From Candidatus Omnitrophota bacterium (GTDB lineage: Bacteria > Hinthialibacterota > Hinthialibacteria > Hinthialibacterales > Hinthialibacteraceae): 64,000 bases of DNA. Positions 1 through 10,165 of this stretch are shown here, piece by piece. Position 1 is the first letter of the stretch, and each line of letters begins with the position of its first letter. The stretch lies in NCBI GenBank assembly GCA_003598175.1, contig QZKN01000050.1, positions 57,334 through 121,333 of the forward strand, given 5' to 3'. The notes beneath the pieces are model-generated. The model was not told the DNA's origin. It was given only the letters and a program-made list of their open reading frames with translations, and did not search any database. The position numbers and the translations under genes were made by a program.

Positions 1-1311
1 GGAAAGGAAGAGTATGCCACGTGGTTAACGGAAATTCTCGAGAATTATCCGGAAGAGAAAATCACCGTGATTACTCATGCATCCTTGCAGGGGAATGAAT
101 TTCTCGACGTATGGCATCCTCATTTTCGCACCGTCGGTTTGCATCGTCATCTCCTCGAATGTGATTTGACGGCGTCGGCGTTTGGAGGAATGCGTTTTTT
201 CAATTGTTTGACCGACGATCTTTATGAAATCTGGTCGCAATCTCGGCTCCATGACGTAAAAGGGATGATCGGATTAGTCGAGGGCGAAGATTTTTCCAGG
301 CTCGCCACACCGCTGCAAATGAATCTTTTTTCACTGGCGAAGATGGTTTTTCAGCCGGATATTCCTCCGGATATGATTTGGAACGAATCGATTCAACGTG
401 TTTTCGGTTTGTTTCCGGCATCGAATGAAGGGCAATCGCTGCAGGCTCTTCTACGCAATTCATTTTTTTGGTGGCGTCGGGCCGGGATGGTGAAAGGGAT
501 TCCGTTATTGAGCTATCGCGGCGACCTGCCCGAACACGCCGATTTGATCCAACCATTGAAATTGATCGATTCCGACGCTTTGCATCCGGGGATCCGGTTT
601 TTATTGGATGAACTTGAGAATCCGCGAAAACAAACGCTGATCGATCTTGCACAGGAAACCCTGGAAACCACCACCTGGTTCAATCGGGCGATTCGGGAAC
701 TGGAACATATTGCATCGAGTCTGAATCCATCCGACTATGAGTGGTTGAAACAGCGTTTCGAGCAGCAACGTCTGCTGGCGAATGTGTATTATTACATCAA
801 GCAGTGTTATTGGGGATTCCGGTATTGGGAAAAAAACAAAAGTGAAGAGGAAGCCTTGATTCTGGAAGCCCATCTGCAACGATTGCAGCAAATCGGCGAA
901 CATTTGGAACAACAAATCAATTCGACGGATGAGATTTTTTATGCGAAGCGGATTCGTGATTTCGTGGCGGACATCCGCGGGCATTTCCCACGGGTCATTC
1001 TCGGCTGGCGAGATCGCCAATGGAATTATCTGAGCGATATTCGGATCAAGCAGGCCGGCCCGGAATCGGTGGAACTTTCCTGGACGAGTGAGCAACCTTC
1101 GATTTCCCGCGTATTTGCCACCACGGGTTTTCCGATTTTTGAGATCACGAAATCTGCCGTTGAGACGCCCACGCTTGAACATCGCGTAATTTTGGACGGT
1201 CTGAAGAGGGGAGCACGCTACATTTTTAAAGTCCAATGCTCCACCGAGGATGGAAAGGTGACCAATTCCGGAGAGTACTTGTTTCAAACAATGCCAGCCC
1301 CGCTTTTGTGA
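1..1311 (+). CDS. hypothetical protein with C-terminal fibronectin type III-like domain, 5' end truncated at window edge
   Basis: Reading frame is open from nt 1 and continuous with ORF 67..1311. C-terminal ~90 aa (VELSWTSEQP...YIFKVQCSTEDGKVTNSGEYLF) has the Fn3 beta-sandwich pattern. Confidence 0.5.
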   Translation, partial: GKEEYATWLTEILENYPEEKITVITHASLQGNEFLDVWHPHFRTVGLHRHLLECDLTASAFGGMRFFNCLTDDLYEIWSQSRLHDVKGMIGLVEGEDFSRLATPLQMNLFSLAKMVFQPDIPPDMIWNESIQRVFGLFPASNEGQSLQALLRNSFFWWRRAGMVKGIPLLSYRGDLPEHADLIQPLKLIDSDALHPGIRFLLDELENPRKQTLIDLAQETLETTTWFNRAIRELEHIASSLNPSDYEWLKQRFEQQRLLANVYYYIKQCYWGFRYWEKNKSEEEALILEAHLQRLQQIGEHLEQQINSTDEIFYAKRIRDFVADIRGHFPRVILGWRDRQWNYLSDIRIKQAGPESVELSWTSEQPSISRVFATTGFPIFEITKSAVETPTLEHRVILDGLKRGARYIFKVQCSTEDGKVTNSGEYLFQTMPAPLL

Positions 1312-1617
1312 ATGCCTTCCGCGTTTTTTCCGGACGCTCCGATTCTTTCCCGCTATACAATCAGGTTCTCACCCACAAAGAATAGGATGAATCCGCATGA
1401 TCATTTCACAATTCGTTTCCTCATCGATTGACTTCATAGTAAAATCGATTTACTGTACCTTTCTGTGAATTGTTACATCTTTACATATCTTCATGCTTTA
1501 CTCGTGAGTGGATGCGGTTACATTATAATTTTGGAATATTCCTGATTTGCCTGTAATTGAATTCTCCGGAATTCTGTTATTTGGATAGAAATCATTTTGT
1601 CTGATTGGGAGGTATTG

Positions 1618-2283
1618 ATGAAAAAAGGGTTTACGTTGATTGAATTGTTGATTGTCGTGGCGATTATCGGGATACTTGCCGCGATTGCCGTTCCGAATTT
1701 TCTGAACGCGCAAACGAGAGCGAAGATCGCGCGCTGCTGGGCGGATATGAAATCCATGAACACCGCGGTTCAGCAGCTGCAATTGGATACGAACCACCTG
1801 CCTATCGACGGATGGGATGACGACACGGATGTAGGGCGTCAAATTCTAAAAGATATCTTCAACGGTGTGGGAGATTTTCCTGAAGCGGTACGCACGACGG
1901 TACACTATCTGGCCGTGCTGACCAGTCCGATATCCTACATGTCTTCGGTTCCGATCGATCCTTTTCTCAGCTATGGAAAATCGATGAGCGACTACGGATT
2001 TGGGAGCGGATACGGCACCTATATTTATGCGGATGTGGATCCACGTATTCCTGGGCGCAATCAGGGAATTCAATGCTTGAATCCCGGCGCCTTGGCGGAA
2101 GCTTATGGAATCAGACCTTTAAATGTCGGTGAATGGGCGTTTGTGGGCGTCGGTCCCGACGGCGTGGCGGGAATCGGCGCTGGTGGAACGCATGATTCGC
2201 GCGGTTTTCCATACAATTCTTCCAACGGTCTCGTGAGTTTGGGCGATATCGTCATGACCAGTGGGGGAATTGTCGGCCAGTAA
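1618..2283 (+). CDS. prepilin-type N-terminal cleavage/methylation domain protein (pseudopilin-like)
   Basis: N-terminus MKKGFTLIELLIVVAIIGILAAIAVPNF is the classic type IV pilin/pseudopilin leader plus hydrophobic helix. GGGAGG RBS lies 6 nt upstream of ATG 1618. ORF-track start 1597 judged an N-terminal over-extension. Confidence 0.8.
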   Translation: MKKGFTLIELLIVVAIIGILAAIAVPNFLNAQTRAKIARCWADMKSMNTAVQQLQLDTNHLPIDGWDDDTDVGRQILKDIFNGVGDFPEAVRTTVHYLAVLTSPISYMSSVPIDPFLSYGKSMSDYGFGSGYGTYIYADVDPRIPGRNQGIQCLNPGALAEAYGIRPLNVGEWAFVGVGPDGVAGIGAGGTHDSRGFPYNSSNGLVSLGDIVMTSGGIVGQ

Positions 2284-2310
2284 ACCAACCGATTTCCATC
2301 TTTCAAAAAT

Positions 2311-3348
2311 TTATAGAAACGGAAAAACAATTTGTTTGCCCGTTTCGGCGGAGCGGAAGATGGCTTCGGTGAATTCCATATATTTCATGCCGTCGTGGAA
2401 ATCGGGATGTACTTTTCTGCCTGTGCAAATGGCGTCGATGAAATCCTGTTCCACGCGCCATTCGTTGATCAGATTAGGGGCGATTTCGATTTTTTCCCAA
2501 GGTTGTCCTTTCCGCGAGATTTGAATTTCATCCATGTCGAAATTATATCGGACAGCGCCTTTACTTCCGTACACTTCAAGGGTGGATGCGGGAGGGGGCG
2601 CGGTCAATCCGCTCCATTCGCAACGCAGTAGAGCGCCGTTTTCCATTTCGCACAAAGCGAATACCAGATCGGGACGGGTTACCGGCATGAGTTCACCGTT
2701 TGTCGTGGGGCGTTCGGGAATGAACGTTTTCGCTTGGGCGGTCACGGTTTTTGCATACCCGAACCAGCGATGAATCACTTCCGCATAAATGCCGACGGTC
2801 AACGTGTTGACGCCGGACAAATCCTCCCGTTGACGCCAACTGATCGGGGAATGAGGATCGATATACACGCCGGACATGGCGCGCAGATGGATAGAATAGA
2901 TGGTTCCTAAAAATGGATCGCCTTTCATCAATTCCTGCATGATGGTATCCCCGGCCAATCCCATCGGCGGGGGGCAAAGCATGGCGACGCAATTGCTGCG
3001 CTCGGAGGCATCCAGCATTTCGCAGGCTTCCGCCAGATTCATGGCCATGCGCGCCTGGCAGAAGACGTGTTTGCCGGCGGCCAGCGCTTCCAGCGTCACG
3101 GTTTTGTGCAGGTAGGGCCAGGTTCCAATCCAGACCACGTTGATTTCATCGGAATGCACTAACTCCTGCCATGTTTCATGGATTTTCGGAATTCCGAATG
3201 CTTTTGCCGCCCGTTCGGACGATTCCCGTGTGCGGTTGCAGACGGAGATGAATTCCACGCCGGGTATTTTTTGCAGGTTGGGAATGTGCCGGTCGCGCAC
3301 GATTCCCCCCGCGCCCACGAAACCGATTCGAATCCGTTGTTCTTTCAT
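2311..3348 (-). CDS. Gfo/Idh/MocA family NAD(P)-dependent oxidoreductase
   Basis: N-terminal Rossmann motif RIGFVGAGGIVRDRHIPNL, CNRTRESSERAAKAFGIP, and a C-terminal alpha/beta domain. RBS AAGGTGA before MKEQ start. Confidence 0.8.
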   Translation of the reverse strand: MKEQRIRIGFVGAGGIVRDRHIPNLQKIPGVEFISVCNRTRESSERAAKAFGIPKIHETWQELVHSDEINVVWIGTWPYLHKTVTLEALAAGKHVFCQARMAMNLAEACEMLDASERSNCVAMLCPPPMGLAGDTIMQELMKGDPFLGTIYSIHLRAMSGVYIDPHSPISWRQREDLSGVNTLTVGIYAEVIHRWFGYAKTVTAQAKTFIPERPTTNGELMPVTRPDLVFALCEMENGALLRCEWSGLTAPPPASTLEVYGSKGAVRYNFDMDEIQISRKGQPWEKIEIAPNLINEWRVEQDFIDAICTGRKVHPDFHDGMKYMEFTEAIFRSAETGKQIVFPFL

Positions 3349-3504
3349 GATGATCACCTTTTATAAGAAAATTACGCGGGTAGAGCAGGCGTTCCCGCCT
3401 GCGCTGTTCGTACAAGCGAGGACGCTTGCTTTACCCACGGATGAACGAGCGCCGGTTATTTTCATCGTTCGATGTGACCAATTGGTCATTCCGGTTTCTA
3501 TGAA

Positions 3505-4680
3505 TTATAGCACGATCCGGGCGTCGTCCATCAATTTTCCCAGCTGCTCCATGCGATGGGCGAATGTATGATTGCGGGTGATTTGCCGACTGGCATGTGC
3601 AATCCATTCTTGCCGGGCGGATTCGTCACCGAGGTAATGGCGAGCGGCTTTGGCCAGCTCCTGCGGAGAGGAAAAGGAGGGAGACCACGGAAACGCGCTC
3701 AGATCGAATCGGTTTTCAGGGTCGTCGGCGTTCCAATCCTTATCATGGTCGCGGATGTGAGTGGACAAGAGGAAGCCGTTCTCACGCGGCACAAGAAAGT
3801 CGCGTTGTGTAGGCGCATCGAAACCTTGTAAACTGCGAAGGTTGATGTTGATCGACGCTGAACAAATCAAGTGCGGGTATTGATCGAACGGATCGAGCGG
3901 ACCGTGAAAACAAGGCGCGAGTGAGGTGGAACGGATTTGCGGCCGCCAGGCTTCATTTCCGAAAAGATGCAAATGAAGTGGAGCCAGCGGTTCCAGAAAT
4001 CGGAGGCGAGAGAGCCGATTGGACTCGGCGTAAAGATAATAAGCCAATTGGCCGCTCAAGTGAATTCGTTGAGACGGTGCAAAAGGGCGTCGATGCAGCA
4101 ATTCTTCAAAACCAAGCGCCGGATTTAAAAGTTTTTGGGCGATTATTTCGTCAAGATATGTCGCCATCGCGTGGTTCAGATGACGGCGCATATCCGATGG
4201 AATCATGGTGGCGCCGACGTAAGCGATGGGAATTTGATAGTCGTTTCGTTTTTCGCCAATCATCGAGATGGGGGCGGCAACCGGCAGAAAAAACGTATAC
4301 ACCGCGCCGCGCGCCTTCGCGCCGCGCGCAAAGGCGGGATCGGCAACCAGCACGACTTCATCGGCGGAAAATCGTTCCGCTCCCATGAAGAACGGATCGT
4401 CGAAAATCCATACCCACGTCCTACAGGGCATCGATTGCATGCCGATTTGACGATAAAAGTGAGACGCCGGATGATTGGCTAGCAGGATTCCATCCGGTTG
4501 AAACTTCAGGATGTCCTCTCGCAGGCGTCGCGTATGATCGGGATCATCGATTGGCAGAGGGAAAAGCCGCACTTCTTTTCCGTTGGCCTTCAATCCTTCC
4601 GCCGCGCCTCGCAGAATTGCTCGCGCGCCGTAAGAACGAGGATCGTCAAAGAGCCAGAATCGTTTGATGGTGGACCACAT
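3505..4680 (-). CDS. CgeB-like / DUF3880-type glycosyltransferase-associated protein
   Basis: About 390 aa with a GT-B-like C-terminal region. ORF-track start is a TTG placed directly after the upstream stop, so the start was moved to the internal ATG (MWSTIKRF). Family assignment is by overall resemblance only. Confidence 0.4.
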   Translation of the reverse strand: MWSTIKRFWLFDDPRSYGARAILRGAAEGLKANGKEVRLFPLPIDDPDHTRRLREDILKFQPDGILLANHPASHFYRQIGMQSMPCRTWVWIFDDPFFMGAERFSADEVVLVADPAFARGAKARGAVYTFFLPVAAPISMIGEKRNDYQIPIAYVGATMIPSDMRRHLNHAMATYLDEIIAQKLLNPALGFEELLHRRPFAPSQRIHLSGQLAYYLYAESNRLSRLRFLEPLAPLHLHLFGNEAWRPQIRSTSLAPCFHGPLDPFDQYPHLICSASININLRSLQGFDAPTQRDFLVPRENGFLLSTHIRDHDKDWNADDPENRFDLSAFPWSPSFSSPQELAKAARHYLGDESARQEWIAHASRQITRNHTFAHRMEQLGKLMDDARIVL

Positions 4681-4721
4681 TCCCTTTTGAAGACGGACCG
4701 TTGCATTCCCTCTCGATCTCG

Positions 4722-5057
4722 TCAATCCAATCCGATGATGTCCTTATTTTTCCCTTCGGGCGAGTTGGCCAGTTTGTCCCGAACAAAACGGCTGCGAGAA
4801 TCCTTGTTTACCGGTACTTTTTTTTCCTCACACCATTTGATCAATTCCGGGATGCTGATGTTGAGTTTTTGGATGGACATGCCCATTTTCTTATATCGAG
4901 CAATATCCGCGTTGGCGCCCGCCAGCCAATCGGCATGCTTGGCCGCGAGATATTTTGCATCCGTGGACGCTTTGCGAAGGCTGTCCCATTGATTGGCGCG
5001 ATACCAACCGATCCCGAGCAACATTTCCTTGTTTTGGGTTTCCTTATTCTCTTTCAT
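4722..5057 (-). CDS. hypothetical protein
   Basis: Complete ORF with a strong AAGGGAGAG RBS before ATG at 5057. No recognisable domain. Upstream of the CgeB-like gene on the same strand. Confidence 0.45.
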   Translation of the reverse strand: MKENKETQNKEMLLGIGWYRANQWDSLRKASTDAKYLAAKHADWLAGANADIARYKKMGMSIQKLNISIPELIKWCEEKKVPVNKDSRSRFVRDKLANSPEGKNKDIIGLD

Positions 5058-5613
5058 AATAGGTTCTCTCCCTTCTCGTTTCTTCATGGTAATTGAATAT
5101 TATGAATATAATACATGATGCAATTGATTCCCAACTTTGAATTCATGTTTCTTTCAATTCATCGGCGCACAGGATTACAAAAAATACGGTTTGTTCTCGC
5201 ATTGATTTTTGTATGGATTTAGAAAACCGGCGATACTCCTCTACCAGGGTTTATTCGTATAACAATCGTCATATCAGTCTGATTGATTGACTAAAATATT
5301 ACCACAAATCTCATGAATATGCAATCACAAAATCGATTTTTTCCATTTCTTTTGGAAGAAATCCGATTTTTTTGTAGACGAGCAAGGCAAAATGGGGGGG
5401 ACGCGGCAAGGAATGGCGGTTTTTGGGGGAGGAGAGCGTTTTCTTTTGATTTATGCAGGATTGCCGGATTTTTTCAACTTTTATATAGATAAGTCAATCA
5501 GCCGAACCGATGGCCGGTTGTTGCCAGCCATTCGATTGCAAATTCAAAAACATGAGTTATAGTATACCCGCAGCACTATATCACAACCGGATCAGGATAG
5601 GATCTTTTCGAAC

Positions 5614-6708
5614 ATGAACAAGCATGAAAAATATTTTTGTAAAAAAATGCAGCCGGGCGTCATTCGACCGGATCTGACTTTGAACGAGCTGGTGGATCGC
5701 TGTTTTACATCCTTTAATGGAAGAGCCTTTCGCGACGCCTGCCGTTTGTTTACCGGACCGATTACCGAACACAATACCACCGTGGGATGGAGTCTGGCCG
5801 GCGCCTTGGTTCCCGCAGGACTCGGACAGTCCTGCCTGGTTCCGCTGATCAAGAACGGAGTGGTGGATTGGATGATCAGCACGGGGGCGAATCTTTACCA
5901 CGACCTGCATTTTTGTTTGGGATATTCGATGTACGAAGGTTCGGCGGCGGCCAATGATTGCCAATTGCGCGAAGATGACGTGGTTCGTATCCATGATATT
6001 TTCTTCGAATCCGACGCGCTGTTCGATACGGACAAATTTATCCGCGATGTTTTCCGTGAAAATCCGTTGTCGGAAGCGGTTTCCAGCGCCGATATTCATC
6101 GCCGGATTGGGGATGAATTATTAAAACGATGGCCGAATTCGCATGAGTTTAGCGTGCTGGCGGCGGCGGCTTTGCTGGATGTGCCCGTGCATACGTCCAG
6201 CCCGGGGGATTCGAGCACGGGCATGAACCTGGCGGCGTTGGCGCTGGAAGGGATTCCCATGCGGGTGGATCCGAATTCGGACGTGAATCTGACAGCGGCA
6301 TGGGTCTACGACGCCAAAAAATCCGGTGGGAAAACGGCCGCCGTTATTTTGGGAGGAGGCAGCCCGAAAAATTTTCTGCTGCAAACAGAGCCACATATAC
6401 AAGAAGTGCTGGGATTGCAGGAAGCGGGGCATGATTTTTTCATCCAGTTCACCGATGCGCGCGTGGATACAGGCGGACTATCCGGCGCGACCCCCTCGGA
6501 AGCGGTCAGCTGGGGAAAAATCGATCCCTCGCAGTTGAGTTCCACCCTGGTTTGCTATGGCGATTGCACGGTCTATTTACCGTTATTTACTTCCTATATT
6601 CTAAATTCGAAATGCCGGCGGGAGCCGAAGCGACTGTGGAGACGGGGCAAGGAATGCCTGGAGCGGTTGACGAATGACTATCGAAACTCTTCGCATTGGA
6701 TGAAATGA
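5614..6708 (+). CDS. deoxyhypusine synthase family protein (DHS-like)
   Basis: WSLAGALVPAGLGQ...LIKNGVVDWMISTGANLYHDLHF and AVILGGGSPKNF match the conserved NAD/spermidine-binding segments of deoxyhypusine/homospermidine synthase family proteins. Confidence 0.6.
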   Translation: MNKHEKYFCKKMQPGVIRPDLTLNELVDRCFTSFNGRAFRDACRLFTGPITEHNTTVGWSLAGALVPAGLGQSCLVPLIKNGVVDWMISTGANLYHDLHFCLGYSMYEGSAAANDCQLREDDVVRIHDIFFESDALFDTDKFIRDVFRENPLSEAVSSADIHRRIGDELLKRWPNSHEFSVLAAAALLDVPVHTSSPGDSSTGMNLAALALEGIPMRVDPNSDVNLTAAWVYDAKKSGGKTAAVILGGGSPKNFLLQTEPHIQEVLGLQEAGHDFFIQFTDARVDTGGLSGATPSEAVSWGKIDPSQLSSTLVCYGDCTVYLPLFTSYILNSKCRREPKRLWRRGKECLERLTNDYRNSSHWMK

Positions 6709-6732
6709 TCGATAAGAAAGTGGGTGAATTTG

Positions 6733-7413
6733 CTATGGAATGAATTTATACCCCATCCGGTGAACGGTAATGATATGCTGTGGATTTTCCGCATCCCGTT
6801 CGATTTTTTGGCGCAATTTGGCAATGTGATTATCCACGGTTCGGGTGGAAGGAACCGTCGTATATCCCCACACTTGTTCGAGAAATTGTTCGCGATTGAC
6901 GACTTTGCCTTCGTTCTCGACGAACAACCGCATCATTTCGAATTCGCGAGGAGAAAGATCCAATGGCTGACCGTTTCTGGTAGCCTTGTATTTATCAAAA
7001 CTGAGGACGATAGAGCCGAAGGTATAATCGTGAATGGATGGCCGATCCTGTGTGGCGCGGCGAAGGATGACTTTTACCCGCGCCAGCATTTCCTTTAAGC
7101 TGAACGGTTTGGTGATGTAATCATCCGCGCCGGCTTCGAGGCCGGAGATTTTGTCCTCCTCCGCGCCACGCGCGGTGAGCATGATCATTGGAGTCGTTGA
7201 GCCTGATTCCTTTAATTTCCGGCAAACATCCATGCCATCCATGCCAGGCAACATTAAATCGAGGATGATTAAATCGAAATCCTCTTTCAACGCCATGCGC
7301 AGACCTTCCGTGCCGTTGGCGGTGGTTACGGTTTCGTACCCTTCGAACTCGAGATTGTCTTTCAAACCTCGCCGCATATCGGGTTCATCTTCCACAATTA
7401 AAATTCGGCTCAT
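6733..7413 (-). CDS. OmpR/PhoB-family response regulator transcription factor
   Basis: Receiver domain (ILIVEDEPDMRRGL...DLIILDLMLPGMDG...TARGAEEDKISGLEAGADDYITKPF) plus C-terminal winged-helix (TVDNHIAKLRQKI...YKF). No adjacent histidine kinase. Confidence 0.9.
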   Translation of the reverse strand: MSRILIVEDEPDMRRGLKDNLEFEGYETVTTANGTEGLRMALKEDFDLIILDLMLPGMDGMDVCRKLKESGSTTPMIMLTARGAEEDKISGLEAGADDYITKPFSLKEMLARVKVILRRATQDRPSIHDYTFGSIVLSFDKYKATRNGQPLDLSPREFEMMRLFVENEGKVVNREQFLEQVWGYTTVPSTRTVDNHIAKLRQKIERDAENPQHIITVHRMGYKFIP

Positions 7414-7631
7414 AAAGGATTCGCTTTCTTGATTGTCCTATCCATTGGTTGAAACATATTCGCAAATTATTTGACCTTCATCAACAAAAATACAGAACAT
7501 CACGGTTTTTCCATCCGGATTCGGAACGATAGTCCAACGTTAATTTTATCGGTATTTGCGTTATTTGCCTATATCTTGATGATTTGTTCGCCATGATGTA
7601 CATATGGATTATACTTGGGGAGGATTTGCAA

Positions 7632-8186
7632 ATGGTCCGGGAAGGATTTACGCTTATTGAATTATTGATCGTTGTCGCCATTATCGGGATTCTTGCGGCG
7701 ATTGCCGTGCCGAATTTTCTCAACGCCCAATTGCGCGCCAAAATCGCCGGAACGGAACAGGATTTGAAAACCTATGTCGATGCCATGCTGCAATATCATA
7801 TGGATAACAATAGTTACCATGCTCATCGCGATGGAGCGGCGCAGCAATTTCCATTAACGACGCCGGTTCCCTATCTTAACCATTTTCTAAGGGATCGGTT
7901 TCAAGGGCTCCCGGATATGAATGACCGGCAGGGATTTGAATATTCTTTTACCTATTATCATTGGATCCCTTACTCAACCCATCAGGATTTGTGGGGGCCG
8001 CCATGGCGAAGGATGGATCCGACCATCGACCAGGCGCATCAACGGGGTGCGGGATTGGTGGACGGTTGGGGACCGGCGGGGATACGCGGCGGTCCACGCT
8101 ATAATCCGACCAATGGACTGATCAGCCAGGGAGGCTTCTTCCGGTTGGTTCCAAAGGGGACGCGCATTCATCTTCATAGTCAATAG
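7632..8186 (+). CDS. prepilin-type N-terminal cleavage/methylation domain protein (paralog of 1618..2283)
   Basis: N-terminus GFTLIELLIVVAIIGILAAIAVPNFLNAQ is nearly identical at protein level to the 1618 gene, with synonymous nucleotide differences. GGGAGG RBS before ATG 7632. Confidence 0.8.
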   Translation: MVREGFTLIELLIVVAIIGILAAIAVPNFLNAQLRAKIAGTEQDLKTYVDAMLQYHMDNNSYHAHRDGAAQQFPLTTPVPYLNHFLRDRFQGLPDMNDRQGFEYSFTYYHWIPYSTHQDLWGPPWRRMDPTIDQAHQRGAGLVDGWGPAGIRGGPRYNPTNGLISQGGFFRLVPKGTRIHLHSQ

Positions 8187-8238
8187 AAATGTCCGGTTCT
8201 GAAAGAAAAATTCTCGGTTCGAGAAAAGGAAAATTATT

Positions 8239-10008
8239 ATGGCGTCTCGTAGCATCGTATGTTGTTTTTGGATCATTCTTTCTTCCCAATTTTTCATTTA
8301 CGCATGGAGTAGTACTCCGGATTTTCATTTCAATCAACCGGAAGAAAAACGTACTTCTCCCTTTTCTCCTCAAACGGTCGATGGTTTTGACGATCCGCGT
8401 TTAAGCGTTCGGGAAATGGGATTGTTCGAAGACACGGAGATGGTTCCCATGCGGGACGGAGTGCGTCTCTCGTCGACGATCTATAAACCGGTTTTGGGGA
8501 TGCCCTGGCCGGCGATCCTGATTCGTACTCCGTACGGGAAAGGAAGTTTTAGTGAAATGCAGGCGCTTGCCTATTTGGCAGGATATGCCATCATCGTGCA
8601 GGATATGCGAGGGCGATTTGATTCGGAGGGGGAGGATCGTGTATTCCAGACGGATGGATGGGGAGAATTGCAGGATGGGTATGACACGATTGAGTGGATT
8701 GCCCGGCAATCGTGGTGCAATGGCAAGGTGGGGATGTGGGGACCTTCGGCGCTGGGAATCGTTCAAGGATTGGCCGCCGGAGCGGTTCCGCCCCATTTGG
8801 TCTGTCAGGTGATCGGTTATGCGGCGGCAAAAGGCTATGGACATGCCGCGTATCAATGCGGCGTATTTCGTTTGGAACTGGTGGACAAATGGCTAAACAA
8901 ACATGGCATGGGGCATATGTATCCGGAATTTCTGCGCCATCCGACCGAGGATGATTTCTGGAAACAATACGATATTGAATCCCGCCATCACCTGATCAAT
9001 GTGCCGTCCTTGTTTATCGGTGGTTTTTACGATTGTTTTGAACAGGGCACTCTGGATGATTTTGTCGGACGCCAAACGAATGGCGCGCCCGGCGCACAAG
9101 GTCGGCAGCAACTGATTATGGGACCGTGGACCCACACCAACGAGTTCGATACGACGCAAGGTCAACTCTCATTTCCCTTGAATTCCATTTTTATCGACCA
9201 AGTGCAAACGACTCTCAAGTGGTTCAATTATTGGTTGAAAGATGAACAAAATGGCGTCAGGGATAATCCAACCGTGCAGTATTATGTCATGGGGGATGTG
9301 ACCGATCCGAATGCTCCGGGGAACGAATGGCGCACGGCGGAGATGTGGCCGCCGGAATCGCGGGAGATTGCCTTTTACCTGAATTCAGACCATTCTCTGT
9401 CTATTGTTGTTCCCTCTGTGGAAGAACAGGTTGATTCATTTGTTCTGGATCCGAATCATCCCTGTCCCACCATCGGCGGCAAGAATCTGGAGATCGCCGC
9501 GGGTCCGTATGATCAATCCGATCTCGAAGCAAGAAACGACGTGCTGGTTTTTTCGACGGAGCCGCTTCCCGAGCCGCTCGAAGTCGTCGGAAGAATACGC
9601 GCGGTTCTCTTTGCCGCATCCAATTTAACCGATAACGACTTGACAGTACGGTTGACGGATGTGTATCCGAACGGCCGTTCCATGCTGGTTTGTGACGGAA
9701 TCGCGCGGGCGAGTTTCCGGGATTCTTTTGTTGAATCCACGCCGATCACGCCGGGAGACGTGTATCGGTACGAAGTGGATTTGTGGAGCACGAGCCTGGT
9801 ATTTAACCGTGGGCATCGAATTCGCATCATTATTGCCAATACCAATTATCCGCGGTTCGATTTGAATCCGCAATACAAACAACTTGGGCAACATGGCTTG
9901 CCGGATTTTGTGGAGACGGTACTTCATTTTTCACGAACATATCCTTCTCACCTGTTGTTACCCGTAACGGCCGGAGATGTTTTTGTGAAGGATTGGAATC
10001 GCTATTAA
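8239..10008 (+). CDS. CocE/NonD family hydrolase (X-Pro dipeptidyl-peptidase S15-like), secreted
   Basis: MRDGVRLSSTIYKP...ILIRTPYGKG...IVQDMRGRFDSEGE...MWGPSALG matches the CocE/NonD alpha/beta hydrolase N-terminal region. N-terminal signal peptide present. AAAGGA RBS. Confidence 0.85.
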   Translation: MASRSIVCCFWIILSSQFFIYAWSSTPDFHFNQPEEKRTSPFSPQTVDGFDDPRLSVREMGLFEDTEMVPMRDGVRLSSTIYKPVLGMPWPAILIRTPYGKGSFSEMQALAYLAGYAIIVQDMRGRFDSEGEDRVFQTDGWGELQDGYDTIEWIARQSWCNGKVGMWGPSALGIVQGLAAGAVPPHLVCQVIGYAAAKGYGHAAYQCGVFRLELVDKWLNKHGMGHMYPEFLRHPTEDDFWKQYDIESRHHLINVPSLFIGGFYDCFEQGTLDDFVGRQTNGAPGAQGRQQLIMGPWTHTNEFDTTQGQLSFPLNSIFIDQVQTTLKWFNYWLKDEQNGVRDNPTVQYYVMGDVTDPNAPGNEWRTAEMWPPESREIAFYLNSDHSLSIVVPSVEEQVDSFVLDPNHPCPTIGGKNLEIAAGPYDQSDLEARNDVLVFSTEPLPEPLEVVGRIRAVLFAASNLTDNDLTVRLTDVYPNGRSMLVCDGIARASFRDSFVESTPITPGDVYRYEVDLWSTSLVFNRGHRIRIIIANTNYPRFDLNPQYKQLGQHGLPDFVETVLHFSRTYPSHLLLPVTAGDVFVKDWNRY

Positions 10009-10165
10009 CAATGGTTTGTATTTTTGAAGAACCGCAATATGGAGTAAACGCTTGTCGAAAACGGTCATTTTCCGTTAAATTCATACGGGTACTATTAATT
10101 CCAAGGGGAAATGATGGTATAACATTCCGAATACAATGAGATCATCAAACGAGAGGAATTCGATC

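Noticed and set aside
1518-1763. 81-aa minus-strand ORF (also 7481..7741) with similar sequence, ...RKFGTAIAA(S/R)IPI(I/M)ATTINNSI...
   Set aside because: Antisense shadow of the conserved prepilin N-terminal coding segment. Similarity between the two simply mirrors the plus-strand paralogs.
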